Of a stretch of DNA of 64,000 bases, positions 50,331 through 63,773 are shown piece after piece. The notes under the pieces are model-generated. The model saw nothing but the letters and a program-made list of their open reading frames with translations, did no database searches and had not been told where the DNA came from. The number at the start of each line of letters is the position of its first letter. The stretch's first letter is position 1. The DNA is taken from assembly GCA_013239625.1 (NCBI GenBank), contig MU053561.1, forward strand, positions 1,345,520 to 1,409,519, given 5' to 3'. This DNA is from Lama guanicoe (Eukaryota). The position numbers and the translations under genes are program-made.

Positions 50331-53300
50331 CTCTGATACTCACATTGCCCCGAATTTCCTTGAAGATGTCAACATATAAGAAAAAAAAATGTGATGGCCT
50401 GCATTTCTTCTGTTATGTTTCCCCCTCTCTCTTTTGTTCTGTGAGCCACAAAAGGATTTGATTTGGATAGCAATAACATTCCCAGGTTTTCTCTGTGGGT
50501 CAAACATTAAAAAGGATAGCTTAATATTCTAAAAATGTCAAAGAGACGATTTCTTTTGAAACATATGAACACACACATGATCCCAGTGATACCTTGCCAG
50601 CAGCAGAAAATGTCATAAACTGGGCTCCTGCAGTGGGAGTTCACTACTGAGGAGGGCTTTCCTTGGGGACAAGGAGTGGTGGTCAGGCTCTCGGAGGATT
50701 TTTGAAAAAAAGCATTCAACAGCACACTGAAACTATGCTATCTGGAAAAATATGTGGTGAGGGGGCATTGTGTTTTGCTAATATTTAAGTAAACCTCTAT
50801 GAAAATTGCTTAGCTGGTGAAGAGTATATGGAGTCAGTGACTGCGTGGGGAGAGGGGAAGAGGTAAAGTATCAAAGGAGGAAAATGAGGGGTGGTATTTT
50901 ATAGAGAGGATGCGAAAGCAAGTTTTCTTCAGCATTAAGGTTATTATTTCCTTTCTATATTAGTTTAATTATAAATTTCTATATAGTTTGACTTTTTACA
51001 ATATGCATTATTTATTTTAAAGAAAAAAGATTCATGTCCATAAAAACCCATGCATGATACACATATCCAATTTATTATTATAAACAGCTACATAATATTC
51101 TACAGCATGCATATATAACCATTCCCATATTGGTGGACATTCATTTTCTAAGATATTTTATGTGTATTGAAAAAAAAGGATGAGAAAAGTCAGTCTTATA
51201 TTTATATGTGATATTGAAACTTGAAGACTTGGGCAGATAGGGGGCCAAAAGCTGGATTAGGAAGTTCCAAGGATTATGCAGCCAGGACTGCCTTAAAGAT
51301 TGACAGATCATATGGCAGAAACTGAGTAAAGTCCTAAAATCATAAAGTCATAGGATGAGATAGCCCAAAGGGACTTAAAATAACTAAGCCCAGTCTTCTA
51401 ATTTTACCAACAAGGAAACTGAGGCCCAGGGAGGTTGTCTTCCCCAGGGTCACATAACTTGTAAAGTGTCACAGTCCTGATGAAAGTCTCATGGCTCTGG
51501 ACTAGACTTCTTTAAAAGGAAAAAGTAATAAAAGGACGTTATAAGTCCACCTATGATCAGATGCTGGACTGTTTCTTCTTCGGAGTGGTTTTAGCTATAT
51601 GCAGGCAGGTTTTAAAGTCCTACAGAGCTTGGTCCCTACCCTTGCTATATTCTAAAAACACTTTCCCATTTACTCTATACGTAAACGTATCATTTTTGCA
51701 CTAAGCAAAGACCGAACTTCCTCTACTCCCCCTCTACTAGCTGGGGAGGCAGTAGAGTGTAAGGATTAATTCCAACCCCTGCTCTGCTTCTTCCTAGTTG
51801 CATGACCTTGGGTAAGTTTAACTGATGTCTTTAAGCTTCAATTTTCCTATCTCTAATAGGGGAGAATAAAATTCTGCCTTATACTATCATTAAGAGGATT
51901 AAAATAGATAATACAGGTAAAGTGATGATCAAATAATAAATAAACCTCATCACTGCATTACGTTAAACACTGTGCTAGGTCCAGAGATAAGCAATGAACG
52001 AGATACACACAAAGTGCCAATTAAGAGCCAATTCTTAAAGGGCTGATCATATACTTGCAGTTCTCTAAAGTAAACGTACGCTTTCACTGGTCTGTACCAT
52101 TCTACAAGGTAATACTCCTTTTGTTTGATAGCACGTCTATCTTTCAAGACCCAATGGAAATCCCACCTCTTCTATGAATCCTTTCCAGATTACCTCAACT
52201 GAAAGTCGTATCTCTTTACTTACATTCCTGTAATCCCACAGAGCATGATTTTATAACATTTTCACCATCTTCCTTGTGTCAGAATTAAGTATGTACATCT
52301 TCTTTAATCTTTGTAGTCAGTGCTCATTTGGTAATTGGTAGACTCAACTCTATCAGCAACCTTGTCATGCATTATTATTATGTTGATAATAATTTAACAA
52401 ATGTAAAAGCTAGGGCTCAAAAGGATGAATTCAGATACCTAAAGCCTACCAGATAGTAAGTGGTAAAATCAGGACTAGAATGAAGGTCTTTAGCAACTCT
52501 AGAAATGGACTTCTCTTGACTTACTTCAACTTGGACAAGTCACTGAAGTAAAGTGTCTTTATTATCAAGTCAACAAGAAAAATGTGAACATGTAGTTGAG
52601 AAATACAGGGTACAACTGGATACTGCAAAAACTCCTAACAAAATATTTTCCCTTACGTATAGACTGCCCACTATGTGTGAGACATACGTGATCGATTTGA
52701 CTGTTAGCTAGTTGGCCAGCCAATGGCAGAACAGGGAGCATATACTTGTGTCTCCTGAAACTAAATCTAATTATCATTCCAATAGAACACACTTGTCCTT
52801 TGGCATTGGCTACCTCATATCCAGCATCCATCTCCAGCCTTTGAATCAAAATGGAACTTACATGCATTGCCCATGTTATTTTTGTTTGGATGGATATTTA
52901 GAAGTACAAGAAATTGGTTAAAAGAATGAACTGATAAATGATCAGAATAACTAGTTTACCACTAAAACATATCATATCCCACCTCCTAACCCTCTTGCCT
53001 TACAAGTCTCTCTTATTTAAGGTGAAATGTTTTAAAGGATTTCTTGACAAAAATCAAATCAGGTATTTTTAGTGTATGTCATTAATGTGCTATAAATCGG
53101 TATTTCAGGCCTAGTATCTTTTCTATTGACAAAGTATGTACTATACCGGAAATTTTTCACGTTAAAATACATAAATATCTAAAATAAAGTACTCCTACCT
53201 TTTCTGAACCTTTTTCAGGGCCAGATTCTGTCTGGCAGATACATTACAGAACTGGTTTGTTCCCCACCCACACCCCTTTCTCTTTCTCCATAATTATTAT

Positions 53301-55049
53301 TTTAAAAGTACTTGCTTCCACCACTGTATTTCCTCTTCCTACTTTTTAAATATTTTCTTTAAAAATGCAGAACTAAGATGTACCTTGCTTAGCTGGATAT
53401 GCATATATAGTACAGAATAAAGAAGTCACAGCAAACTAGATGCAACTAAATTGAAGATCCTGAAGCATGCCATCTGTGCCACGAAAATACTGCCTGTGGT
53501 TAGCAATTTCCTGCTGTACTGAGTGTTCAATGCAAATCAGATATGCACTTTAGATGACAGAGGTGAGGAATGAATTAAGGAAAATGAGGATATGTACTCC
53601 ATCCAATGGAGTTGGCTCTCTGGGGATAAGAATTTACATGCTACAAAAAAGCAAACACAAATGAGGTACAGATGGTACACTAAGGATAGTGACTCAGGTA
53701 CAACAAAATTGTTAGAGTAAGATGATTCAAGGGATAATTATAAATGTTAGCACACTTAACCTCATGTTACAGATGAGTAAACTGGTTCAAGGCCTTTCCC
53801 TTGGATATAAAGCTAGCAAGTGGTATAACCAGGATTCAACCCAAGGTCTGACTCTAAATACTCCTATGATCATCACTTTAATACAGTAAAATTTGATTAT
53901 ATTTAATATAGTGTGTCCTGTGCTTTGTTCTGAGTGAGATGATAAAAAGGGAAGCATCCTTTGATTTATATTATGGAAGATGTTGGGCACTGGATCTGTA
54001 TAGAGGTGGTATAATTTATGAATTAGGTGGGAGTTTATCTTCAATGTCCTATTCAATTCTGGAATTTTTATCATACTAAGCTTTACACTAGATGAAACAG
54101 CTTAGGCCCTTGAGAAGCAAAAGGACTGGAGCACTGACCCAGATTTCTTGCTTCACCACTGCCACCTGCACGTCTTATAATCTCACCTGGACCCAGGTTA
54201 ACACCAATGTTTGGTCACCCAGGTCTGATAACCCCAGGCGGGAAGCACACTAGACATTTTTTCTTTTGCTCATGACTAGCCCCAGGTACTCCCTATGCTC
54301 AGAGAGCCTCAACTTCTCCAAATTACATCAAAAGAAAGAATTTGATAAGCAAGAAGAGACAAGTTCAGAGTGCAGCTGTTAACCATCTTGTTTTAAAATG
54401 AAGCCCCACCTGCCTTAGCAACAAACACGCTCATCACAACTCATTCTCAGATCTCTGATCTATGAGAAGGCTCACAACTCCACCTGTGAACTCCCCAGAC
54501 ATAAACATATCATATCAGATGATTAATAACATGGAACTTCCACCCCAGTAAAAACTGCCTTCTCCTTTTATCAATTGGTCAGGTCAGATCAGACACCAAA
54601 GAGTGTTCTCAGATCTAACCAAACACAGAAGCTTGCTTTAGTTGTATACTGGGTAATGGAAAATGGTTAAAGAAATATTTTCCAAGCTTCAGACCTATTC
54701 AAGAACAACACCTCTAGCTCTTTTTTTTTTTAAGTGCATAGGTTTGTTCAAAGTCAGGCTGTTACATGACCTCAAAGCAAGGACAATTCATTTTCCAATG
54801 AAAATAGGCTTTTATATTTGTGGAACTATGAGATTCAACAATACCTTAAAGCTCACTCAGCCCACTCTCCCTCCCATAGCAAAAGCATTTTCTAAAGCAC
54901 TAAAGATGACTGGGACCACCAACAGTTCAAATTATAAAATTATTTCAATAATACAGCAAATAACCAGATTTAGCAAAAGCTGTTCTTTCGACATTTGTAT
55001 CTCAAATCTTCAAAAAACAAACTAATCACACAGGTTTGTATATAAATAC

Positions 55050-56620
55050 ATATTATCATATATATGTATATGAATATGTATGTATTGCTTTTTGTATTAT
55101 ATATAGTATTGCTTTTTGTTGTAAGTTTTACATAAACGGTATTGAGGGACTGTATTATCTATTTGCAACTTGATTTTTTTCACTCAACATTATGCTTTTT
55201 TCCCAGATTTGTCCAGGTTAACACATATTGTGAAATACTTCGCTTAAGTAACTATTTAGTATTGTATTATATGGATATATCTAGAGTGACTATGTAATTT
55301 ATTATCCAAGGCAAGCCTCTTTTGAAAATTAAAATAGGCTCAATTAATAATTACACCAATATAATAGAAATATCTTAGGACTATCCCAGGCAAATCAGGA
55401 GGTCAAGTCACCATTTATGCTACCGTTTATATGCATTGCTATTGACTGACATTTGGTTTCTTTCCAATTATCAAGCAGTATAAATAGTGATTCACTGAAT
55501 ATCTTCAAACATGTTTCCTGGTGCACAAGTGCCAGAGTTTTCTCTAACATTATAGTGTAAAGTTCTGAGCCATAGATATGCATATTTTCACTTTACTACA
55601 TATTGACATACTGTTTTGCAAATTTATATTCCCATTAGTTATGCTTAGGACTTAGGCATTTCCCCATATTTTCATCAATGCTTACAGAAGCACTTGAGAG
55701 GTGGCATTTCATTATTGTTTTGATTGACATTTCTCTGATTAACAGTGAGATTACATTACCTTCCATATGTTAAATGGCCATTTAGATTTCCTCTTCTGGT
55801 AAACAGCTGTCATTTTTGTGTCATATTTGGGTTAATCTCAGATAAACAAAATATGGCTATTTATTTTTAATCCTACTTAAAAATTTCTTTTAGGTGAGTT
55901 TAGACAACTTACATTTTCTGTAATTGTAACTCACTACCTGTTTTTTTCTTGATCAACCCTATAAGGGCTTATCAATTTTATTAACCTTTTAAAGCAATTA
56001 GATGTCAGTGATAGACAAATTTGGTAATTACTGATATCTTAACATGAATCTTTCAATCCATGAATGTGGACTACCTTTCCATTTATTTGGACCTCAGCAA
56101 TGTTGTTACCTTTGTGCCCAGTATTTACTTTTGATGCTATTGTATATGGTATTTTATAATCCATTTTCAAATTGCTGATAGGATATAGAAGTATAATTGA
56201 TTTCTGTATATTCATCTTACATGAATTAATTTACCATTAATGTCCTTGCTAAATAAACTCATTAATTCAAACTGTAGATTTAGAGATTTTTCAAGTACAA
56301 AACATCATCATTTATGAATAAAAGCAATTTTGCTTCTTCCTTTCCAACCTTTATACCTTTTATTTCTTTTTCTTCTCTTATTACACTGGAGTACAATAGT
56401 GAATGAAAGGATTGAAAACAGATACTCTTGCTTTGTTTTTGACATCAGAGGAAACAATGTCACAACATTGACTATGCTATCTGTAGCGTTTTTGTAGATG
56501 GCCATTATCAGATTAAAATTCTCTTTTATTCCTAGTTTGCTGAGAGTTTCTAACATAAACATGTGTTTAGTTTTATCAAATGCTTTGCATATACTGAGAT
56601 AAACAAGTTTTTCTTATATT
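55050..56620 (-). mobile_element. Old LINE-1 fragments (3'UTR and ORF2)
   Basis: FMLETLSKLGIKENFNLIMAIYK is L1 ORF2-like; 3'UTR ttttttcactcaacattatg. Confidence 0.75.
55282..55415. mobile_element. MER81 hAT-Blackjack MITE within an old L1
   Basis: tagagtgactatgtaatttattatccaa..attaataattacacca..ggactatcccaggcaaatcagga..gtcacc. Confidence 0.75.
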
Positions 56621-57154
56621 ACTGGTTTTTGATTAACAGCCTGGTGAGTTTGAGCCCTGAAATACTATATGAGATTCAGTTTTACCCTGAGAAGATTTCA
56701 GATGTATCTTTTGAGACTCCTGCCTCATGTAGTTTCAAAACATAGCAATAATCTTGAGTCTTCCACTCTGATGGAACTTCATCTCCTAGGGCCTCCAAGA
56801 CAATGGAGATTTCACTCCAATTTTTAAAAGTTTGCAGCCCATCTTCCTAGCCTCTTCTGCTGTTCCAGACCTCAGGAAATGTCCTGTTGGGTATACTGGT
56901 CATGTGTTTCAATCCTTTTGAAAGTGTAGAGTGGCAAGTTTCAACTCAGGAGGAGAATACATTATGTGGGAAGGAATCATTATCAGACAATGCAGAGTTA
57001 ATACTGACTAATGCCTTGCCCATAAAATCTGTATCTTTAAGCCAGAGAAAGGAAAGGAGAGGCTGAAGGATGCCAGTCCAGGTACTAGATTAATTTAAAT
57101 GCCATTGTAGCTCCAGCACTTGATTCTAATTGTCTCCTCCTGAACACTCAATAC

Positions 57155-57206
57155 CTTCATTCATGCTCGATGGCCCCAGGGACTCAGAACTGCCCACTGT
57201 CCCCAC
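57155..57206 (-). other. Candidate exon (52 nt)
   Basis: Strong acceptor ttttcatttcctttcag and donor AAG|gtattg; one open frame, WGTVGSSESLGPSSMNE. Confidence 0.3.
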
Positions 57207-58329
57207 TGAAAGGAAATGAAAAATCGACTGATGCTAACCAGACCTCCTTCAGCAACTACAGCCATCTAATCTAAGCACTGTATCCTGCAGTGTGATTAAT
57301 GATTTTTCTTTCCCCTTTATATTTAAGAGCAATGTGTTCTAGGAAGGAATGGAGAGAAATAGAATGAAGGATGATGAGGAAGAGAAAGGGCAGACATGCA
57401 AAAGTGAAAAAAGGAAAAAACTATGTGAGGAGGAGAGGAGGGAAGACAACACTTTCTCAGTATGAAACAGAATTAGCCAGAGCTATGTATTTTCTCCTAA
57501 TATAAAGGATTTCCATCTCCACTCTACATAAGAATGTCATTATCTAAATGATATACTCTACTGTAAACTATAGAGAAAGGAAAATTAAGAGGTTCTGTAT
57601 CCCACTACAATATTCTTTTAAGTCATCTATTCTTGACTTCAAAAAATTGAGTTTCATCATCACTCTCTATAATTGTACATTAACAGTTTTAAGAATTTAA
57701 ATACATTGGGAATTGAGGGCTATTCGGCACATTGATGTTCTTTCTCTTTCTGCTTCCTCCTGGCCTCCTATATCATTGTGTGTAAATATATATATACACA
57801 TACACATGCAGATACACATGTATTATACTGCATGATATATGTCACATATATATGATACATGTTATATCTATATTCACCCATCTCTAGCTATCTCTGTATA
57901 GATAAATATACATGAGATTGTCAATAAATGAGATGACAGGTATTACATAGTTGATTTTCCAGATCTGACTGCCTAGGCCATTGTCTCCTTTCTCCTTCAC
58001 TTCCCCAAATGTGTTAAGTGGCTCTACAACATGAAAAAAACTGCCAGGGACTTTTATACATTATGAAGGCTGGTACTTTTTCATCAGTCCCAGCCTAGGT
58101 TAAAGATACAATGGCTATTTCCCTTCTTCATTTTCAGTACCTACTCTGGACTTTCACGTATTGGTTTTCCATAATACTGTAGATCCCTTGTTAATATGGA
58201 CCCCATGTACTGGGGTCTGAAGGCTGAGTCAGAAATGACTACTGGAGAGCATTTTGCAGATGAACTTGGTGCAAAGGAAGGGGGAAGGTACTCAGGGGTA
58301 TTGTAAATGATTAAAGTTTGAAGCAGCCA

Positions 58330-58920
58330 ACAGCCAAAAATCAAACACTAGTGCACATGAGAGAACAAGCAGGTTTGCTTGGCTGGGGCAGAAAGTAATT
58401 GTGGGTTAAAGAGCAATCATAAATAAGAAAAAGAATGCTGAGGGATGTTGATGGACAATCTTAAAGACCAGTATGAAGCATTTGTATTTGATTAAAAAGA
58501 AAAAGACAACAGAAATCCATGTATATTTTTGAGAGCCTATATCAATAGATCAAAGATGAGATTCATACTTACCAGTCAAAGCACTGGAGTGTAACTTGAT
58601 CAAAATGTTTGAGAAGGAAGAGTCTACTGTATAGAGGGCAGACAGAAGGGGCAGGCAGCTGGCAAGGGGGATGATTTGTAATATTCTAGGTGTCATATGA
58701 GTAGAGAAAGCTCAGACTAGAATATAGACTAGAAAGAGTTAGAACGGATGACTCTGAAAGGTTTTTCAGATAAAGAAATAGGGGGACTTAGACACACACA
58801 CTAGTCATAGGGGTACTGGAGGAAGTAGCCTGTAACACTCCAGGTGGTGTGCCAGGAGAATAGGATGGTAGAATGCCATTGATGGGGATGGAATGCTGGG
58901 AAGGAATGAGGGTCCTGTCT
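58330..58920 (-). mobile_element. L2 LINE fragment
   Basis: Purine-rich antisense L2 (ggtttgcttggctggggcagaa, gaatgccattgatggggatgg). Confidence 0.5.
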
Positions 58921-59399
58921 AGGCTGCAGTATGAGTTTCCTTGCCACCTCTTTATTAATGCAGGTTTTATGACACAGGTGTAATAATTAATCCAAATGGC
59001 TAGCAGATGTGGCTATCCATCTTTGGGCATACTGGTCTCCAAACAGTCTCCCAATCAGCAAATTCTCAAGCAAGGCCAAAGAAAATTAAAGAAAATAAAT
59101 TCTGTTGAGATATTTATGGAGGCCACCTGGATTGAAATTTGACAGCTAAGAACTTGCCTGGATGCCAGGCAACCACGGAAAGGTCAGAACCCCTGGAGCA
59201 ATAGGGCTTGGGGAGCCAAAGAACAGAAATGTGGGGTGGTGTTCAGTCACATTCAATCTCAAAAAGATTAAAAATGGAGTTCTACTTTTCAGAAAGAAAC
59301 ATTGCTTAAGTCTTTCCCTGCATGCTCTGGAGAAACCTGCCTTGTCTCTTGACAAGGGTCCCACCATTTCCTTGAATTGCACTCTCTAGATGAACCAAT

Positions 59400-59890
59400 C
59401 AATCAGTGAAGGTTTTGTTTACATATACAGGTCACCTCCTCTACTTCTTCTATCACTTCTTTGATTCGTACTCTTAAATTATTACCTCCCGATATAGACA
59501 GTTTCTAACTAGTCTCCCTGCCTTCAATCGTCATAGCAATCGTTCTAAACTACAACTTTGATCATATTGTTTGCTTGTTTTAAACTTTTATTACTTTCTT
59601 TTTGCCCATGGAATAAAATCTAAATGCCTTTGCCTGTTATTAAAGTCTCTACATAAGTTAGATTCAATTTATCTTTCTAGTCTCATTGCATACTACCAGT
59701 ACCTCTTCTACATGAGCCTTTTGCTTCAGATAAACTTCTAGTCTCTATCCTTCAAAATAATTCTTGCCCCTCCTTTGCTGCATATACACCGTTTGAATGC
59801 TGGGAAACTTCTCCTTTTATTTTTCTCTACACCTGTTCAAAACCACAATTTCACATTTTAAGGGTCAACTCATAGCCTACTTCCACTGTC
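59400..59890 (+). mobile_element. L2 LINE fragment
   Basis: ctaactagtctccctgcc, ggaataaaatctaaatgcctt. Confidence 0.55.
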
Positions 59891-59899
59891 ATAAATTAC

Positions 59900-62800
59900 A
59901 TCTTAACATATTTAAAAGAATGAAGTTATAGGAAGTATTCTTTGACAGTAATAGAATTAAATTAGGAACCAATACAAAAAGATAACAGAAAAGTCTCTAA
60001 CCACTTGAAAGTCAAACAACACACTTCTAAATAACCCATGAGTAAGAAGAAAATCTCAAAAGAAATTCTAAATGTTTGAACTTAATGAAATTAAAAATAC
60101 ATCATATATAAATTTGTGGGACACAGCTAAAGCAATGCTTACAGGAAAATGTATAGCATTAAAAGCTTTTATTAGAAAATAAGAAAGACCTCAAATTAAA
60201 CTAAGTTTCCACCTGAAGAAACTAGAAAAAAAGTGTAAATTCAAAGCAAGCAGAGGAAAACAGAAAAATAACAGAAAAAAATCAATGAAGCCAAAGTCTG
60301 ATTCTCCAAAAAGAATAATAAATTGATAAACTTCTAGCAAAAATAAGAACACAAATTACTATCATGAGTAAAAGAGGGATATCACCATACACTCCACAGA
60401 CATTTAAAAATTCTAAAAACAAATTTATGTACATAAATTCATCAGCATACAAGAAATGGATCAGTTCCTCAAAAACCACTACATTAGTTTTCTGTTGTTG
60501 TGTAACAAACTACAGAAACCTAGCAGCAAAAAATGGTATCATTTATTATTTGGCTGGGTCCTCTGCTTGGGGTCTCACGGGGCTGCAAAGTGTTTGGGGT
60601 TGGTCTCAGCCTACTGATAGCAACGCTACAAGCTACAAATGCCTGAGGGCGCTCGCCTGCGTCTGTACTACTCGTGATGAGCTCTCATGGACATTTCATT
60701 CATTCTCATCGTCATTCCATTCCTCAAATGAGGAAGAATATGCTTCCACACTCATTCAAGCTATTGCCAGAATTCATTTCCTTGCAGCTGCAGGACTGAC
60801 AGCTCTAGTTTTTGATGACTGTTGGTTAGAGGCCACCTTTGGATCGGAGAAGCCACTGCAGTTCCTTGCCACACTGACTTCTTCAACATGGACACTTACA
60901 TAATTCAATCCATAAGAAGAGTCTCTAGAAAAAGCCTGCTAAGATGAAGTCACACAACAATGTAATCACAGGACTGACAACCTTTGCCACATAAAATAAG
61001 TTAATTATTGGAGTGACATCTCATCACCTTTACCATACTCTACTGGTTAGACAGAAGACACTGGTGCTGCCCACACTTGGACTGGATTACATAATGGGGT
61101 GAACACAAGAAGGCAGGCAGCACTGGGGGCCACCTTTCTGTATGACACAACTATAAGCTATTAAAACTCACTCAAGATGGAATCACCTAAATAGTCCTTT
61201 TTAAAAACAGAATTGGTAGTTTAAAATCTTTTAATAGAAACCTCCAGGCCCAGGTGATTTCACTGTGGAACATAATCAAACACCGATATCAAATATTCAT
61301 TAAAAAAAAACCTGTCAGCAAATTATTAACAGAAGGAACTTGCTCAATCTGAGAACATCTACCAAAAAACCCTACAGCTAATATTATAATTAATGATGGA
61401 AGACAATGATTTTCTGCTATGATCAGGAAAAAGTTAGGGATGCCTGTTCTCACTACTACTCAGCATTATACTGGAAGTCCTAGCCAATGCACTAAGGCAA
61501 GAAAACTAAATCAAAAGACATTCAGATTGAAAATAAAGAAATATAAATGCCCTTATTCCTAAACAACATGACTGTCTTAATGGAAAATCCAAAGATTCTC
61601 TCAAAAATAAAACCTAGAATTAATAAGTGAGTTTTGCAAAGTGTTATTTCTTCATTCTAAAATAAACAAATTAGAAAATTAAATATTAAAAAAAGCCCTA
61701 CAATAGCTCAAAAAAAATCTGAAATACTTAGGTATAAAATCTAACAATACACAGGATCTGTTTGCTAATCACCACAAAACACTAAACAAGAGAGATTTTA
61801 AAAGACCTAATTAAATGGAAAGTTATATTGTGTTCTTGGATTGGAAGATTCACCATGGTAAAGAGGTTAGTTCCTTCCAAATTTATCTACAGATTTAACA
61901 CAATTACAATAAAAATCCTAGCAGGATTTTTGTAGATATAAACAAGCAAATCCTAAAATATATGTGGAAAGAAGACACTAGAACAGCTGAAATAATTTGC
62001 AAGAAGAAGAATAAAGTTTGAAGAATTACACTACCTAATTTTAAGACTTATTGTAAAGGTATAAAAATAAGGGCAGTATCATACTAGCAAAGGGACAGAC
62101 ACATAGATCAATGGAAGAAGACAGAGGGTCCAGAAATGGACCCACACAGATGTGACCATTTTATTTTTGACCAAAGTACAAAAACAAATAGTGAGAAAAG
62201 ACAGTTTTACAACAAATAGTTTAGAAACTGAACATCCATATGCAAAAAACAGACCTCAGCCCGTACCTCATATCTTAAAGAAAAACTAAGGCAAGGTGAA
62301 TAACAGATCTAAGTGTAAAACTATAAGACTTTTAGAAGAAAACACAGGAGATAATCTTCATATCCAAGAATTAGGTAAAGAGTTCTTAGACATGACACAT
62401 AACAAGATACATGAAGAAAAAAACTGATAAATTGGAAACTATCAAAATTTAAAACTTTTGCTCTGCCAAATATCCTGTTAAAAGAGTAAAAAGACAAGTT
62501 ACAGGCTAGGACAAATATTTACAAATAATATATCTGAAAAAAGGACTTGGATTCAGAATATATAAAGGAATCTCAACATTCAATAATAAGGAGACAAACT
62601 TGGACATATCCTTCAAAGGAGAATATATGGATGACAATAGTTACATACATAAACAGATTTTCAACATCATTAGCCATCAGGGAAACGCAAATTAAAATCA
62701 TAATGAAATACCACTATTCATCTATTAGAATGGCTAAAAACCCCCCCAAAAACAAAAAACTGATGGCACCAAGTCAGTACGAGTAACAATGCAGGACAAC

Positions 62801-63440
62801 TGAAACTCATACATTTTTGGTAGGAATGCAGTAGGGTACAACCATCCTGGAGACAATTGGGCAGTTTCTCATAAAGTTAAACAAATGACCCAGCAATCCC
62901 ACTCATGGGATTACCCTGGAGAAATGAAGACTTATGCTCACACAAAAATCTGTGCAAGATTGTTTATACCAGTTCGATTCATAATAATCAAATAAAACAA
63001 TCCAAATGTCCTTCAACAGGTAGATGGATAAACAAACTTTAGTACATCTGTACAGTGGAATACTAGTCAGAAATGAGAACGAACTATTTATATAAGCAAC
63101 AATGTGGCTGAATCGACAAGGAATTATGCTGAATGGAAGAAGTCAGTTTCAAAAGGTTATATACTATGTATGGTTCCATTTTATGACATTCTCTGAAAGA
63201 TGAAACTGTAGTTAGTCCACTGAGGACAGACCAATGGTTGCTGGAGGCTAGGAGTGGAACGAGTTTAATACTCTTTAGGAGTAACATGACAGAGCTTTTT
63301 TGGAGGTAATGGAACTGTCCTGTGCTCTGATGGTGGTGATTACCTGAATCTACACATATAGTAAGATTCAAAGAACTACCCCCCCAATAAAAATCAATTT
63401 GACTATATTGTAAGTTTTAAAAAAATTAAAAACAAAAAAG
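59900..63440 (+). mobile_element. Old LINE-1 (L1MC/MD-like) ORF2 and 3'UTR, interrupted by an MLT1 LTR
   Basis: aatttgtgggacacagctaaagca, ctggaagtcctagccaatgc, gacccagcaatcccactc; 3'UTR ggttccattttatgacattct; A tail near 63420. Confidence 0.9.
60480..61149 (-). mobile_element. MLT1E-like solo LTR (ERVL-MaLR)
   Basis: cattagttttctgttgttgtgtaacaaactac, ctgggtcctctgct..gggtctcac, cagaattcatttccttgcagctg, tgggggccacc. Confidence 0.85.
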
Positions 63441-63731
63441 TAATGCTGTATTTGGAGTGTGATGACAATTCTTCACATTAGCAGTCAGGAGTTGACTTAA
63501 AAAGTTGATATTGGAGCAGAAGGCCTGAGAGATGACAAGTTTTCAAAAAGAAGGTCTATCAGCTTCAGTTAAGAAGTGATGCATATAGTAGTTTTCCAAT
63601 AAATATTCCTTGGATGATAACAAATTGATGGATTAGTGAGTTCTAATGTCTTTGAGAAACCATAACTTTGTGTAACATTAATAGCATAGATTTCATACAT
63701 ATTAGCAGTGCCATGAGGGAACAGAATGTAC

Positions 63732-63773
63732 CTTTCCTGTAAGTCCCTACTTTCTCTATATATCCAGATGACT
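63732..63773 (-). other. Candidate exon (42 nt, frame-preserving)
   Basis: Acceptor ttctgttttattccttgccag and donor AAG|gtacat; open frames SSGYIEKVGTYRK and VIWIYRESRDLQE. Confidence 0.25.

Noticed and set aside
52061..52108. 48-nt + strand coding exon (FSKVNVRFHWSVPFYK) with good splice sites
   Set aside because: It appears to overlap a degenerate L2 and the peptide is unrecognised. Neighbouring + candidates (48068-48098, 53219-53254) do not assemble into a known protein.
60612..60722. C/D snoRNA or hammerhead ribozyme (GTGATGA, CTGA motifs)
   Set aside because: The CTGA motifs precede the C-like box, there is no terminal stem or downstream D box, and there is no CTGANGA/GAAA hammerhead core.
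60364..60903. 179-aa ORF as a protein-coding gene
   Set aside because: Composed of L1, MLT1 and insert sequence, with no recognisable domain. Kept only as context for the insert finding.
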